Shown in pieces: positions 1-12,360 of a stretch of DNA of 64,000 bases. The notes beneath the pieces are model-generated. The model searched no databases and was not told where the DNA came from. It was given only the letters and a program-made list of their open reading frames with translations. Each line of letters starts with the position of its first letter. The first letter of the stretch is position 1. The stretch comes from Epiperipatus broadwayi (Eukaryota > Animalia > Onychophora): contig JAQFVV010000002.1 of assembly GCA_028023455.1 (NCBI GenBank), positions 3,720,001 through 3,784,000 of the forward strand. The letters are read 5' to 3'. Made by a program: the position numbers and the translations under genes.

Positions 1-465
1 TAGTAGTAAACTCTCTAAACAGTAGTGACACCCAGTGCAAGCCTTCGTAATCAATGGATTCCAGAAGATTTGTGCATAAAATACCCATTTAGTGCCTACA
101 CATCCAATATCTCCCAGACTAGTTTCTAGCGTGTCGTTTTGCAACCCTCCACTATCCATCTTTTACTTATTTATTTAACTATAAAGCTATGAGCTCAAGA
201 TTAAAATACATTAATGTTTTCAATCCAAGCTTATTCACTTGTATAGTCATACAGATCTGAACCTACTTCAGCATCTATACATTTTAGTGACCTTGTTTTA
301 TCCACAGTCGCAATCATTGCCCAGAAAGAAATGGTATAAAACCATCAAAACATCACATGATCACCATTGCCTATACATACACAAGCTGTTATTAACAGTA
401 TCAAATTCTACAGACAATAGTGTCACCCAGTGCAAGCTTTCATAATCAGTGGATGCAAAAAGATG
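1..465 (-). mobile_element. Hammerhead-family repeat (family H), about 1.1 tandem units, ribozyme core partly deleted
   Basis: Aligns by eye with 34930-35270 (taatcaatggat.ccagaag...tgtgcataaaat.cccat.tagtgccta..catccaatat..ccagactagtttct.gc). Unit restarts: tagtgacacccagtgcaagc at 23 and tagtgtcacccagtgcaagc at 418. Confidence 0.75.
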
Positions 466-1210
466 AACTGGGTTCAAATCTATATGAGTATATCGGGCAA
501 TGAGCTTGGTTTGAAAACATCTATATATTTTCATCTTGAGCTCCTAACTTATAAAGCAGGTAAAAGGTGGTTGCTGAGGGTTGCATTAAATCCTCAGATC
601 TAGGTGCAAAGCTCATCACTGATGAAAGTCACACATTAAAATTAGTCTACAGATTGTAGATGAGTAAGCACTAGTTGGGGAATTTATGCACAAGGCTTTC
701 TACTTCCATTGATTACTAAATCTTTCATTGCATGACATTACTGGATGGAGAGTTTTTTTACTGCTGATAACAGCTTGTATAATCATAGAAAATGCTGATC
801 ATATAATGTTTTGTTGGTTTTATACAATTCCTGCCTATGGGGTGATGATGACTGTGGTTTTTGATAAAGCAAGCATACCAAAAGTATAGCTGTTGACCTG
901 GGATTCAGATCTAAATTATACAGATGAATGAATTTGGATTAAAAACAATATGTTTTCATCTTGAGCTCCTAGCTTTATAGTTAAATAAACAGGTAAAAGA
1001 TGTCTGCTGGAGGATTGCATTACATCATTAAATCTAAGTGCAGTGCTCTAATATTCAAAGCATTTATTGATGAAAATCACAAGTAAAAAACTAGTTTGGT
1101 GTGATATTGGATGAGTAGACACTAGGTGGGAATTTTATTCACAAACATTCCTGCATTCAATCATTATTAAGGCTTGCATTGAATGACACTACTGTCTGGA
1201 GCAATTTCTA
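466..1210 (+). mobile_element. Family H repeat, about two tandem units, inverted relative to 1-465
   Basis: tcatcttgagctccta at 531 and 956 (period ~425). Decayed hammerhead cores CTGATGA..AAAATTAGTC (619-647) and TTGATGA..AAAACTAGTT (1067-1096). 466-520 is the reverse complement of ~215-265. Confidence 0.75.
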
Positions 1211-2172
1211 TTGCTAGGAATAGTGAAAGAGAATGCATTACTCATCAAACATTAATTTACCAAGTTTTCATTTTTATAAGTTTCATCTTACCCCTAAGAT
1301 TAATCAGTTAACACAGTTTTAATAAGGATAGTTAATTGGATTTGGCTATGATTTAGTTCAGCATGTAAAAAAAGTTAATTCACACACACAATCATCTTGC
1401 TTTCAAGAAAATTAAAGTAATATTTCAATTCAAAACTCTCAGCAAACTGAGAAGAAATATCATGGCATTTGTTGGTTTTAAACTCAGATGTAAAAACCCA
1501 ATAAACTCATCATACTGGCTATGGGTTATGACCATTCATGTTTATTTCCATATGTATAATCATATAATAAAAATAGCTGAAATGATAATAATGTATTGGG
1601 AACATTTATATTGAATAATTAAAAAACAAATACATCAAATGAAAACCAAATTGTTATATCATAAATAATTTTTTTATTTGGCAGAAGTAAAGCCTACTTT
1701 TAACATATCACTCTGTTCACAAAATACTATATGAATTTCTTATATTGACAATAATGAATTTGTCCTAGATATTAGAGATTTTTAAAAAATAAACACTTTA
1801 AATGCATTATGTTATATTAGTTTATCTATGTTTTCAATGATTATTGTCTAACTGAAATCATTGCAATCATAATTTGTTTTCTTTCATTAATAATAATATA
1901 CTATTTTATAGACAATTAGGTTTGGAATTGATTGCAAACAGAGAACTGATGAAGTTTAAAAATTTATATTACAAAAGTGATGAAATAAAGAATGCAACCT
2001 TTCCTATCATACTAATAAAATATCTTCCATGAACTTACTTCAGAATCTTATACTCTGATGTTAATTTTAATTTTGACATTAATTATTTGTATTTAAATTC
2101 TGCAGAATCTGACTATATTGTGATCTTTTTAAAATGTGATATGGATGTTTGAGAAGTTTCAATAACTGATAT

Positions 2173-2259
2173 TATATGTGGGATTTGAACTCAGACTTTC
2201 ACATGACCCAATACTCTCCAGTGGATCATGCGAAAGTCTGAATTCGAATCCCACATATA
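2173..2259. repeat. Foldback hairpin (34-bp arms, 19-nt loop) made from a tRNA-B-box-like segment
   Basis: tatatgtgggatttgaactcagactttcacatga (2173-2206) pairs with tcatgcgaaagtctgaattcgaatcccacatata (2226-2259). The arm resembles 10389-10430. Confidence 0.85.
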
Positions 2260-2688
2260 TTACCTGTACAATGTATTAATATCTGATATTATAAATAATA
2301 AACCTTTTAAAATTAAACATTGCTACATAATGAATAATTAAAAATTGGGGGAAGTTAATGACAATTTCTTGCTAGTCAGAATATTATCTTGACAAAAAAT
2401 GCAAAATTAAAACTTCATATAATATAAAATATTGTAAAGTTTAGCCATCTCATAAACAAAGAAAAATTAAAATATTATGCCAATATAAAAATCATGGCAT
2501 TTGCCTTTAAAATATGCATCATTCCAGAATATGGATTTAATAGAAATCAGAGGATAAATAATAAATGAATTCTTTTTTTAAAGCCACACATTAGCAAAAC
2601 TGTACCATATTATTACCTAACAAAAGATTTATAAACTTAGAATATATGTCTTTATGAATTACATAATCATGCAAATAATATATATTAA

Positions 2689-2881
2689 AGCTATAATCTT
2701 AAGACTATGTGCCTAGATGCGACAGTAGGGACTTCTATGAATCTTAACACAAGATTAATCTTTATGTGCCTAGATGCGACAGTAGGGACCTTTACAAATC
2801 TTAACACAAGATTAATCTTGTGTTATGATTTGTAAAGGTCCCTACTGTCACATCTAGGTGCATAGTCTTAAAGTTATAGCC
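2689..2881. mobile_element. Palindromic MITE with TTAA flanks (Kolobok-like), with a 57-bp internal duplication
   Basis: TTAA at 2685-2688 and 2882-2885; termini AG...CC. Spacerless palindrome centred at 2813/2814 (acaagattaatcttgt). tatgtgcctagatgcgacagtagggac occurs at 2706 and 2763. Confidence 0.65.
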
Positions 2882-4397
2882 TTAATAATATTACTCACAT
2901 AATGAGTATGCGCTTAACAAATTATTAATTACAACTTTAAATCATCATGCAAAGAAACTGACAAAGTTCTTAATTGATAAAAAATTTGTTCCAATCTCAA
3001 ATAACCACATATTGTAAAGAAATTAATTGATAAACTGGAAAAATACAGCATGGTATTACAAATAAGAATTTTACAATTATTAAACAATTTTATAATATAG
3101 TGAATTCATGAATGAAGGCAGTACTAATCATACATTATAAAGTATAAAACCATTAAATAATTCTAAAATTTTAGATTTGATAGTTCTCTGTAACATCAAA
3201 TCAAAAATAAATGCTTTATTAAATATTTTATTTGATGAAAATACTTGCCAAATAAATAAATTATCATGCAAAATGAAAAAAGTATATAGGTAAACAATTT
3301 TTATTGTTAAAGTCAGGAACAGAAAAATAATTTTAACTCAAAATTCATTTAGCATAGTAATACACATTTCATATTTAAATCAATCCTACATCTTTTGCTG
3401 AAAACTTTTCCGCATATAGCATAAGAAATATGCAGATTTAATCAGTTCTGAGTATTTTTAAGTAAATTCAACCTATCATGTAAAAGATAATCTTAAAATT
3501 AAATAAAAATTATTACTTTATAAAATAACTTGTGTTAAATATTTTGATGTATTGATAGACAATGTCATTCTTGCCTAACCCCTAACCAATGAAAAGCTTA
3601 AATATATGATGAACAAATTTCTTGTGATATGATTCATGAAATAAAACAAAAACCATTCATGTGAAATCAATAACAATTTATCAGAAAATAATCATTCATA
3701 TTATTATAAATAAGTAATTGCTTACATTAATAAATTCCTATAAAACAATTTAGTACTAGAAATGGCAATATAATTCTATCACTTTTCTATACAATACATC
3801 ATTGCAGTTAATGAATATGTTCAATGTAATTTATAGGAAACACATATATTACTTTGATTGTTATGTTTTGATTGTTATGAAAAAATAAAGATGATTTAAT
3901 TAAAGTTATTTCTAATCAATGATGCTTCTTTTAAAGAAGTTACTAAATAAAAATGATCCAATAATTAGGGTTAAAACATTGAAGCAACAAAGAAGTATAT
4001 TAAGAATAAATTACTTTTTTAAATCTAAATTGATCGTGACTAGAAATATGAAAGAAATGTTTTTATCTGGAGTTAGATTAATACTTTTTCACAAATCAGG
4101 TCAAATCGTTATACTTTAATTTTATTTATATAATTATTCCTCTAGTGCTCAAGTATTAATGTGAAATTTATTTGCAAGCTCTTAATGTTATTTTTCTTTT
4201 ATTTTCAAAAAAAATAGTAACGAAACGACTAATTTTAATAAAAGTGTTAAAAATAAATCAAACTTTTCACCAATATATTTATTTTCCTTTTTTTTTTTTT
4301 TAAAGCAGAATAATGAAGGACGTCATAGTGTCTGAATCCAGGTAGACTAAAAGTAAAAAAAAAATGTTTCAATTAGGCTTTCAATTTTAAAATCTTT

Positions 4398-4508
4398 TTT
4401 TTTCCTCATGTGTCATAGCATCAGCCGGGAAGCGAACCCGCTAACCTGGGACAACTATTTGGAAAGCAGCTATCGCTGACCTCTCGACCACCAATGCTTG
4501 ACAATTTT
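4398..4508 (-). mobile_element. tRNA-Gly-derived SINE copy (subfamily with insertion before the T arm)
   Basis: Reverse complement gcattggtggtcgagaggtcagcgatagctgctttccaaatagttgtcccaggttagcgggttcgcttcccggctgatgc resembles tRNA-Gly(TCC). A-rich tail; 15-bp TSD aattttaaaatcttt at 4383-4397 and 4509-4523. Confidence 0.85.
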
Positions 4509-5227
4509 AATTTTAAAATCTTTCAGATTGCTGGCATAGAAAAAAAACAGATAATCAGTTAGTATTTCTTGTTATTCTTACAAGAAGATAAAACAAGGTT
4601 CTCACTATCAAGCAATTGGCAAGTCTGTTGGTTAATGTCTTTCATGGTTCAGGAGCTGTTGGTGAGATTTCTATCTTTAGTTTTGTATAGGGTAATAAAA
4701 AATATTCATTTGTATAGGATACTAACAATAAAAATAGTTTTATATGTAGTAATTACGCACGTTTTATTAAAAATCAATATTTTTTTATTTTGTTTGCTTT
4801 AGGTTAGCACATTATTGCTTGGAACCGATTGTTATTTAGGTATTTTTCTAATCGGTTCAGTAAATTGCTTTAGGCTTAAATTTAAGCTTAAAAGATTCTT
4901 TCACTTTGAGATCAGAGAATTATTTATCGCCAAACTATGCAGTCTGAATTCAGGATATTTTAAACAACTTTTAAAATTAAAGGAAAAATAGAATACGAGA
5001 TTTTTTTTTTTTTAAATCAGACCCAACTTAAAATCAATTAACGATGCCGATTTACAATTTTGCCACAAAATTGTTTTAGACTATTCTTGTAAATGAAATT
5101 CACAATTTATTTTAGCACCTCACTTTTATAAATCTGATAAATCATCGACAACAGGCAATAGAAGCTAGTAGTGATAAGTATAGATAGATAAATGATCTTA
5201 TGCGGTCTTTAAACAGAGTTTAAATAG

Positions 5228-5319
5228 TCAAGCGTTGGTAACCTTATGGTTAGCGTAGCTGCCTTCCAAGCAGCTGGTCCGGGTTAGCTTCCCGATCAAC
5301 GCTTTGACACATGGAAAAA
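5228..5319 (+). mobile_element. tRNA-Gly(TCC)-derived SINE / retroposed pre-tRNA copy
   Basis: gcgttggtaaccttatggttagcgtagctgccttccaagcagctggtccgggttagcttcccgatcaacgc is close to eukaryotic tRNA-Gly(TCC). Trailer tttgacacatggaaaaa. 18-bp TSD taaacagagtttaaatag at 5210-5227 and 5320-5337. Confidence 0.9.
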
Positions 5320-7972
5320 TAAACAGAGTTTAAATAGAGAACACATTAGTATTTTATTAATATGGACTATTACTATAGAGAAAGATTTTTGAATTTATAA
5401 ATTAAATAAAATATTATTAACATTTAACTTAAACTAAATATCTTTATTTCAATATATCTATTTACACAACTAATGGATAAATGCAGTTACTTAACCCAGA
5501 TACTTTTATTTCAATGCACAAAAAACATATATCTCAAACTTATCTCTTCTAAGACGCGGTTTATAGTTTATATATTGAAAAATTGATATTTTTTCTGAAT
5601 TCATCAAATTATCTAAAAATGTTTTTCATTTGTTTTAAACATCAAATAGCATTTTAATTGAATAAATATTTTGTTAATCAAAATTTTGTGAGCACATATT
5701 CACACACATGTGCACATTAAGAGCATTAATCAAAGAAGCAAAAGAGTAAACTAATAATAAATTCAAAACATCTTTGACTCATAATAGGTATGCTTATGCA
5801 TTTGATCTAAGATAAATTTAAAAAAATTGTAAAATTTGAAAAAATAGCTAAAAATAATATAAATATTAATAAATTAATTTAAAGATCTGATTATAAAATG
5901 AATTTTGTGTTAGAAACTAGAATCTCAGATAATGAGATCAAAGTGTTATCAGGTTAAGAAAATTTAATGTTTAGATTGACAATTGTACTTTATCTATTTT
6001 TAATATTTATCTCAATTCAAACATATTGTATAAGCATAATGCTAAAATTACAAATGTATAAAGTCAAATGTCACATGACCTAATTTAAACAAGCTTGCAT
6101 TACAATGTTTTTCTATAATGTTTTTCTGACTTTTACATGACTTAAAACTTATTCTTCAAAAATCATGTATCCTGTCAGGTATCTTTTTCTCTTTGATGTT
6201 TGACTTTGTCCTATAGTGGTAATTTAATGAGGATTAAATGCATACAATATAAAAAACAATAAAACTACATAATTTAATCTTTACTTTAGTAAACTTCATA
6301 TGATTTCAACACATTAACATTTCTATTCAAGGTTATCAAATTATATACAAAGCATTTATAGTTTATTAAAACAAAGATTACATTTTTATTCATGCATTTT
6401 TATTTGAGTAATTGCTAGAAATTATTTAGATTTAGTTTTTTGTCATCATATTAATTTAATTTTAGTGTGTAAATGAGGAAAAAGCTATTTATTTTTCCAA
6501 AATGGGCTCTCCTTTTAACAATATTTACTTTCTAATTATTGCACTCTTTGGAAATCATTATACTTACATCCAAACTAAGAGAGTGACTTGAAATAAATAA
6601 AAATGCAAAAATATTCTCTTCAATAATCCATTACTTTATATAAATTATAGAACTTTGCATATGGATAGCTTGAAATTTTTATTATAAAAAAAAAAAGAAA
6701 AAATTTCATAAGTAAGTAGTACTAATCATCAGTTACAGAAAGTATGTGAGAATTTTTTTTGACCAGACCCAATTCTGTCATATCCTTTTTTTATTAATCT
6801 GAAAGGCATCTTCATCTAATTTATGGAGGTGGTTTTTCTGTCTATTATACATGGTTCATTTTTTTATTATTATTTATGTTTGTAGAAACTGACTTTCATC
6901 ATTATTTGTTTCCATAATATTTTTTTGCAATAAGATGTTATTAAAAATCAAATGGAAAATATGAATCTCTGCTTATATTGCCAATGATAACTGCTTTCTC
7001 AGTAAATGCTAAGACTTAATATTATACATAACATTCTTTCCTCATTATCACTATTTTCATCACCAATACTTAGAACTTCTTTAACCATGTTGCCATCATT
7101 ACCAAAATAGATTAATTTCAATTCTAAATAAGAGCAATTAAAACTTCTCTCAGACATACATTCATCGATGATGAATGTTGATGCAGTACTTAATATAAAT
7201 ACCACTTTGATCTAAGTCTGTGTAATCTAACATTTATAAAGAAGAAAATTTAAAATCTTTCATCATATAACTTAGAAACCCTAATTACATGTATAATAAA
7301 ATTTATATAAAATAATAGTAAAAATCTACATAAAATATTTAATATCTAAATTTTAACATTTTTATATTACAGAGAGAAAAAATATTATCAGTGCCATCTA
7401 AAATATGTAAGATAAAAAAATTAAAAATCTTTGAAATCTTTTAATATATGAAATTATAGAATGTAAACTAAAAAGCATTAGCTGTCTAAATTATTCAAAT
7501 ATAAAATAAAAAATGTGATTTGGAATGCAAATATTTACATCGTAGGAAATAAAATTTAAAAAATAAAAAAAATATATAAAAGAATATTATAGAATCAATT
7601 AACTAAAATATTATATATATATAAGTAAAGTCTAAATAGAAAATATTTCAATATCAGAAATATAAAATTTTACTATTATAATTTCTTACCTAAAATATTT
7701 CAATAAATAAATTACTTTGTTATAAAAAAAAATAGTAATTTATTTTTATTGTTTATTAAGTGAAAAATATATATATATTTAATTTCTAAGAAAACATGAC
7801 AGAAAAAGTGACAGAATGAAGAATTTGTTTTTGATCTCAACCAAGTCTGGATAGAATAAGATACATCAGTCAAAGCTTTGTACAGATTTACATCATAAAT
7901 ATAGAAATCTAAAATTTTAACAAATTTAGTGCCTCTATTACAAAAAATATGAAAACTATAACTAAAATGTTC

Positions 7973-8060
7973 TTTTTTCATATGTCAAAGCGTCGGCCAG
8001 GAAGTGAACCCGGGACAACTGCTTGTAAGGCAGCTGCGAACCATTCAGACACCAATGCTT
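7973..8060 (-). mobile_element. tRNA-Gly-derived SINE copy
   Basis: Reverse complement gcattggtgtctgaatggttcgcagctgccttacaagcagttgtcccgggttcacttcctggccgacgc followed by the family trailer tttgacatatgaaaaaa. No clear TSD. Confidence 0.8.
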
Positions 8061-8629
8061 TTTTAATATGGAAAAAATGAACATCTCTGATTAAAAACTG
8101 AAAATATAAGAACTTCCTATTCCAATTACAGGCTTCAAGAAACGAACAGTAAGTGAAAACATGTGTAAAACTTGAAAAACCCTATAAAAAGCTTAAATTA
8201 TATACTATGTTACAGTGTTTTTATAATAAATATATTGATGGCAGAGATTTAAGCTATTATATATATAGCTGCTAGTTTCTAAATATCCCACTTTTAGATA
8301 ATGATTTTTTTAACAATCCCCAAAATAGAACAGTGAAGGAAATGACATTTCTTGCCAGGCTATTAAGCTAAATTAATATTAATATTAATTAATATAAAAA
8401 TTATTATTACACTATTAAGCTGTTGATAGTAATATTTTTAGTAGTTTTTTTTATTTCATTTTTTAAAAAATATTATTTAGATAGCCACTTATTAAGAACA
8501 ACTGAAATAAATTCACTATTGAATAACTTTCAGAAAAAAGAATCCTAAGGTCATTTAAAATCTTATTTTTTTCCAATTATTACCTGGCATAAATTAAAAT
8601 CCCATGTTATGACTATGATGTAAGACATA

Positions 8630-9840
8630 CAAATTATTATACACACATTTATATATACATAGTAAAATCACTAGTTTTAAATAAATATGTAAAATTCAGC
8701 AGTGCTACCTGTGAAAGAATCAAAATCTGAATAAACAGCATAGGTAAATTATCACTTCATGGCCATTTGTTGCAAAGATGATAGATTGAAATTCACATTA
8801 GCTTATATAGGAAGAGCAAAAACTCAACTCAGATCTTAGTAGATAATAAACAAAATATTTCATACTCTATACACAAGCTAGATTAATCAATAATCATTTT
8901 CCACTTTGAAAACTACCAGAGTATAATTATATAAAAAATAAATCAAATTCATAATGCTAAATGAAAAATCCAAATATAGTAAAATCATTACTTTAGATAA
9001 AATTCAGCAATGCTTCCTGTGAAACAAACATAAAACCTGATAATCTCTTATTTATTCACTACAATGATATATATATATTGAACTTCAGCTAAGTAATGCA
9101 GAAAGCATCAAAATCAATTTCCTAAGATGTTAACAGCTGTTAAACAAACTTATTTCATCTTCTATATACAAAGCTAGATTAATCAATAATCATTTTCTTC
9201 TTTGAAAGTTTTCCAATATGTAAAATAATAATTGATTAATATAGCTTTGTATATGAAACATTGAATAAGTTCTTTTTTATTAGCTATTAAGATTTTAACT
9301 AACTTAGTTTCATGCTTCTTATGGCCTGAATTTCAATATATATATACCATCTTTACAGTATATGGTTAAGTGATTAAACTTTTACCTATGCTACTTCATT
9401 CAGACTTGGTCTTTGTTTTACAGATAGTACTGTTGAAGTATGTCTATTTATTATAAAGTAGTGGTTTTATTATATTTGAATTTATATTTAGGATTATGCA
9501 TTTGATTTATTTATATAATTGTGTTTAGAAAGTTTTCAAAGCATAAAATGATTATTTATTAATCTGGTTTTATATATATAGAACATGAAATATGTCCATT
9601 TATTAGATATTAAGATCATAGATAATTTAGCTTCATAATTACTGTGGAAACTAGTTTGAATTTCAATATACATATCACCTTTGCACAATAATTAGGTAAG
9701 AGATTACTATTTTGTTTAAATCTTGTTTATTTCACAGATGGTTTTGTTGAACCTTATCTATTTATTGTCAACTGTGATTTTACTATATATGAATTTTCAG
9801 TTAGTGTTATGAATTTTATTTATATATGTGTATCAGATGT
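8630..9840. repeat. Old ~300-bp unit repeat: two tandem copies followed by two inverted tandem copies
   Basis: aagctagattaatcaataatcatttt at ~8874 and ~9172; aaaattcagca at ~8691 and ~8999. Reverse-complement homologues include aaaatgattatttattaatctgg (~9546) and gaatttcaatata (~9328, ~9658). Confidence 0.65.
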
Positions 9841-10339
9841 TAATCTTAAGCTAGAAATAAAATATTTAGGAAAAAAAATGTCTTCTGATGTGATATGTCA
9901 TTGTTAATAAACAATGTGCAGTACCTAAATGAAAAGATATTTGTTTGCTTTTTTATCTTTTATATATACTCTTTCTCCCGTTCTTTTTTTATTTTTTTAT
10001 CATACTTTCTTCAGTAATTATCATGAGCCTTGTTGTAATAAATAATAATCACTATGCACTAACTGACACAATGATTTATATATTTATGCAATAACATTCA
10101 CAATAATTTAATTATATGCACAACAGTTGTGATTGCAATATTTGTTTCTATATAATTGTGCACAATGCTTGTGAGATTATAAAATAGTGATGACAGGTTT
10201 TAGATTTATTTAGTTATTATCTCATTATGTTTATAATGTATTCATATATTTGTATGATAAAATGAACCAAACTGTTACATACAATAATGGTAGTCTTTTA
10301 AAATATTTATCTTTAAGAATCACTCAAATGATTAAATTA

Positions 10340-10710
10340 ATACACTGTACAGGCTTATACAAACCTGCACATATATAATATAATATAAGGGATTCAAACT
10401 CAGACATTTATACAACCCTTAACTCTCCATGCCATCTCATATTGCTGACCCGTCTGATCATACACATGTTGAAAAGATAAATAATCACCAATAAATGTAT
10501 TTCATGCTAAACCAGCAATCATCATTGGGTCCAGATTACTATCCTCACACATATATACAATCAGTGCTCAGCTTTATATTAAGATAGCCTATCTTCATAC
10601 AAGATAGCCAATCTTCATACTTTAATGGACAGGCTTCAAACTACTCTAACTTACAGCTTTTCAGCCATCTAATTCATTGATAATCTGATGATGGAACGTT
10701 CAAAGCCCAT
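10340..10710. repeat. Dispersed ~360-bp repeat (family B), homologous to 34315-34660
   Basis: Shared blocks tgttgaaaagataaat, atttcatgctaaaccagcaatcatca, actttaatggacaggcttcaa, aatctgatgatggaac. 20-bp tandem duplication aagatagcc.atcttcatac at ~10581-10620. Confidence 0.8.
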
Positions 10711-12034
10711 GTTAAATGCAAAATATTTTAATTCACATGTACAGTGAATGTAAAATGCATAATCTACTTGCAGTAAGTTTAAATATGTATAAATTACAAT
10801 TGCATGTACATGTGTATATTCTAAAACACACACAAAAGCCAAGAAATAACCGTTCAATAATCTATGTGAACCTTCAATTTTTTACCTACATTTAATAGTT
10901 ATAGCTTCTGTTCATGGTCACATGCATATATATATATTAATGTTAAGCAATTCTCAACATTCAAATTTACAAAAACTAAATATAAAAATTTTGTTTAAAG
11001 CTTAGATAATAAGACTAAATAATATATATCTAATACAATCTTTTTAACTTGAAAATAAATGAAAATAATTTGGAAAAATAAATTATACATATTTAATAAT
11101 ATTGACTTTGTCATGAAATAAGACAATTAGATTAGCATTAAAAAAGAAAATTAATGTTTATTGGTTTGGGGGGAAATAAAAAATTATATTATAAATAATT
11201 TTATTTGAAATTATATAAATAACTTTGTTTTTTAAACTACATTGCTAAATTTAAAATTTAATAAAAAATAATAATAATTGAGTCTGGCATTATTCATTAT
11301 TCTAAATATTAAAATTAATTCTTTTTTTTACTTCATATCAGTAATTAATAACATTTTTTAAAATAAAAAAGACAAAGCCCTGTGTAGGTTGGCACAATGT
11401 TGCACTGGTATATCCAAGAATAGATCAAAAATGAACAATATATCAGATGATATAAATAAATAATAAAAAATTAGTATATTCAATGTTTGATTTAGATGTT
11501 CAAATGGCATATCTCCTAAGAAACTAATCATAGGATTATCATTAATAGCAAAAATAATTTTTAAAAATAAATCAGTGGGCCAAATTTAAATTTTTCTCAA
11601 GTCTTAAACTATCTCAAAAATATTTTAAATGTTATTTTTGATGAAATTGAATAATTTTGTTATAAATGGTTAAAGTACTAATTATTTAGTTTTGAAATAA
11701 GTTTTATTTACAAGCAATATATATATATAAAGGAATGACTTCATTACATTTAAATGTATTTAATTTTTTTTTTACTCTGCTACATAAAATTTGCATGAAC
11801 TAGGTTTACTAATTTGTAAGTGTTTATATGTATCATTAATTTATTTACCATAGTTTACTATTATTATTATTAAATGATTGTAATAAAGATTATTTAAATA
11901 AAACATAATCTTTTTCTAAAATAATAAAATTTGGAGAATATGAATAGTTACAATTCTCTCATATTTTGCTCTAACTAAAGAAATTGCCAAATTATAGAAT
12001 CAGATAAATTATACTTTTCCAAGTATCCCTATTA

Positions 12035-12072
12035 CCAGACCAGTTTCTAGATGTTGACTATCATCAGTGAGG
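12035..12072 (-). ncRNA. Diverged family H hammerhead motif
   Basis: Reverse complement cctca-CTGATGA-TAGtcaacatCTA-GAAA-CTGG-TC-tgg: intact core boxes and a 3-bp helix II. Confidence 0.55.
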
Positions 12073-12284
12073 TGATAGGATATCCAGACATTAGATCTAA
12101 AAATACCAGCTCAAGTTCAACATTTATCTAATGTTAAATATTAAATAGAAAATCTGAAATTTTCAGACATCTATATGTCTTCAAATTCAGTTATCTAATG
12201 TAAATAGCCATATGGGACTGAACTAAGTTCAGGTACACCATATATTAATAGCTTTAGCAATATAATATTGCCAAAGCCTCAAGA

Positions 12285-12360
12285 GCAAAACTATAATTGC
12301 AAGGAAATCAAATCATACATCACATGACTTAATTTAATAAGATTGCAATTATAGTTTTGC
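12285..12360. repeat. Perfect 18-bp inverted repeat with 40-bp spacer
   Basis: gcaaaactataattgcaa (12285-12302) and ttgcaattatagttttgc (12343-12360). Confidence 0.8.

Noticed and set aside
5232-5302. Functional tRNA-Gly(TCC) gene
   Set aside because: D arm and T loop are mutated, it is flanked by an 18-bp TSD and it shares SINE-family flanks; treated as a retrocopy.
6700-7205. Coding-like minus-strand stretch (KEVLSIGDENSDNEER; HKLDEDAFQINKKGYDRIG)
   Set aside because: Unrecognisable protein, discontinuous frames and no consistent exon chain; needs RNA-seq.
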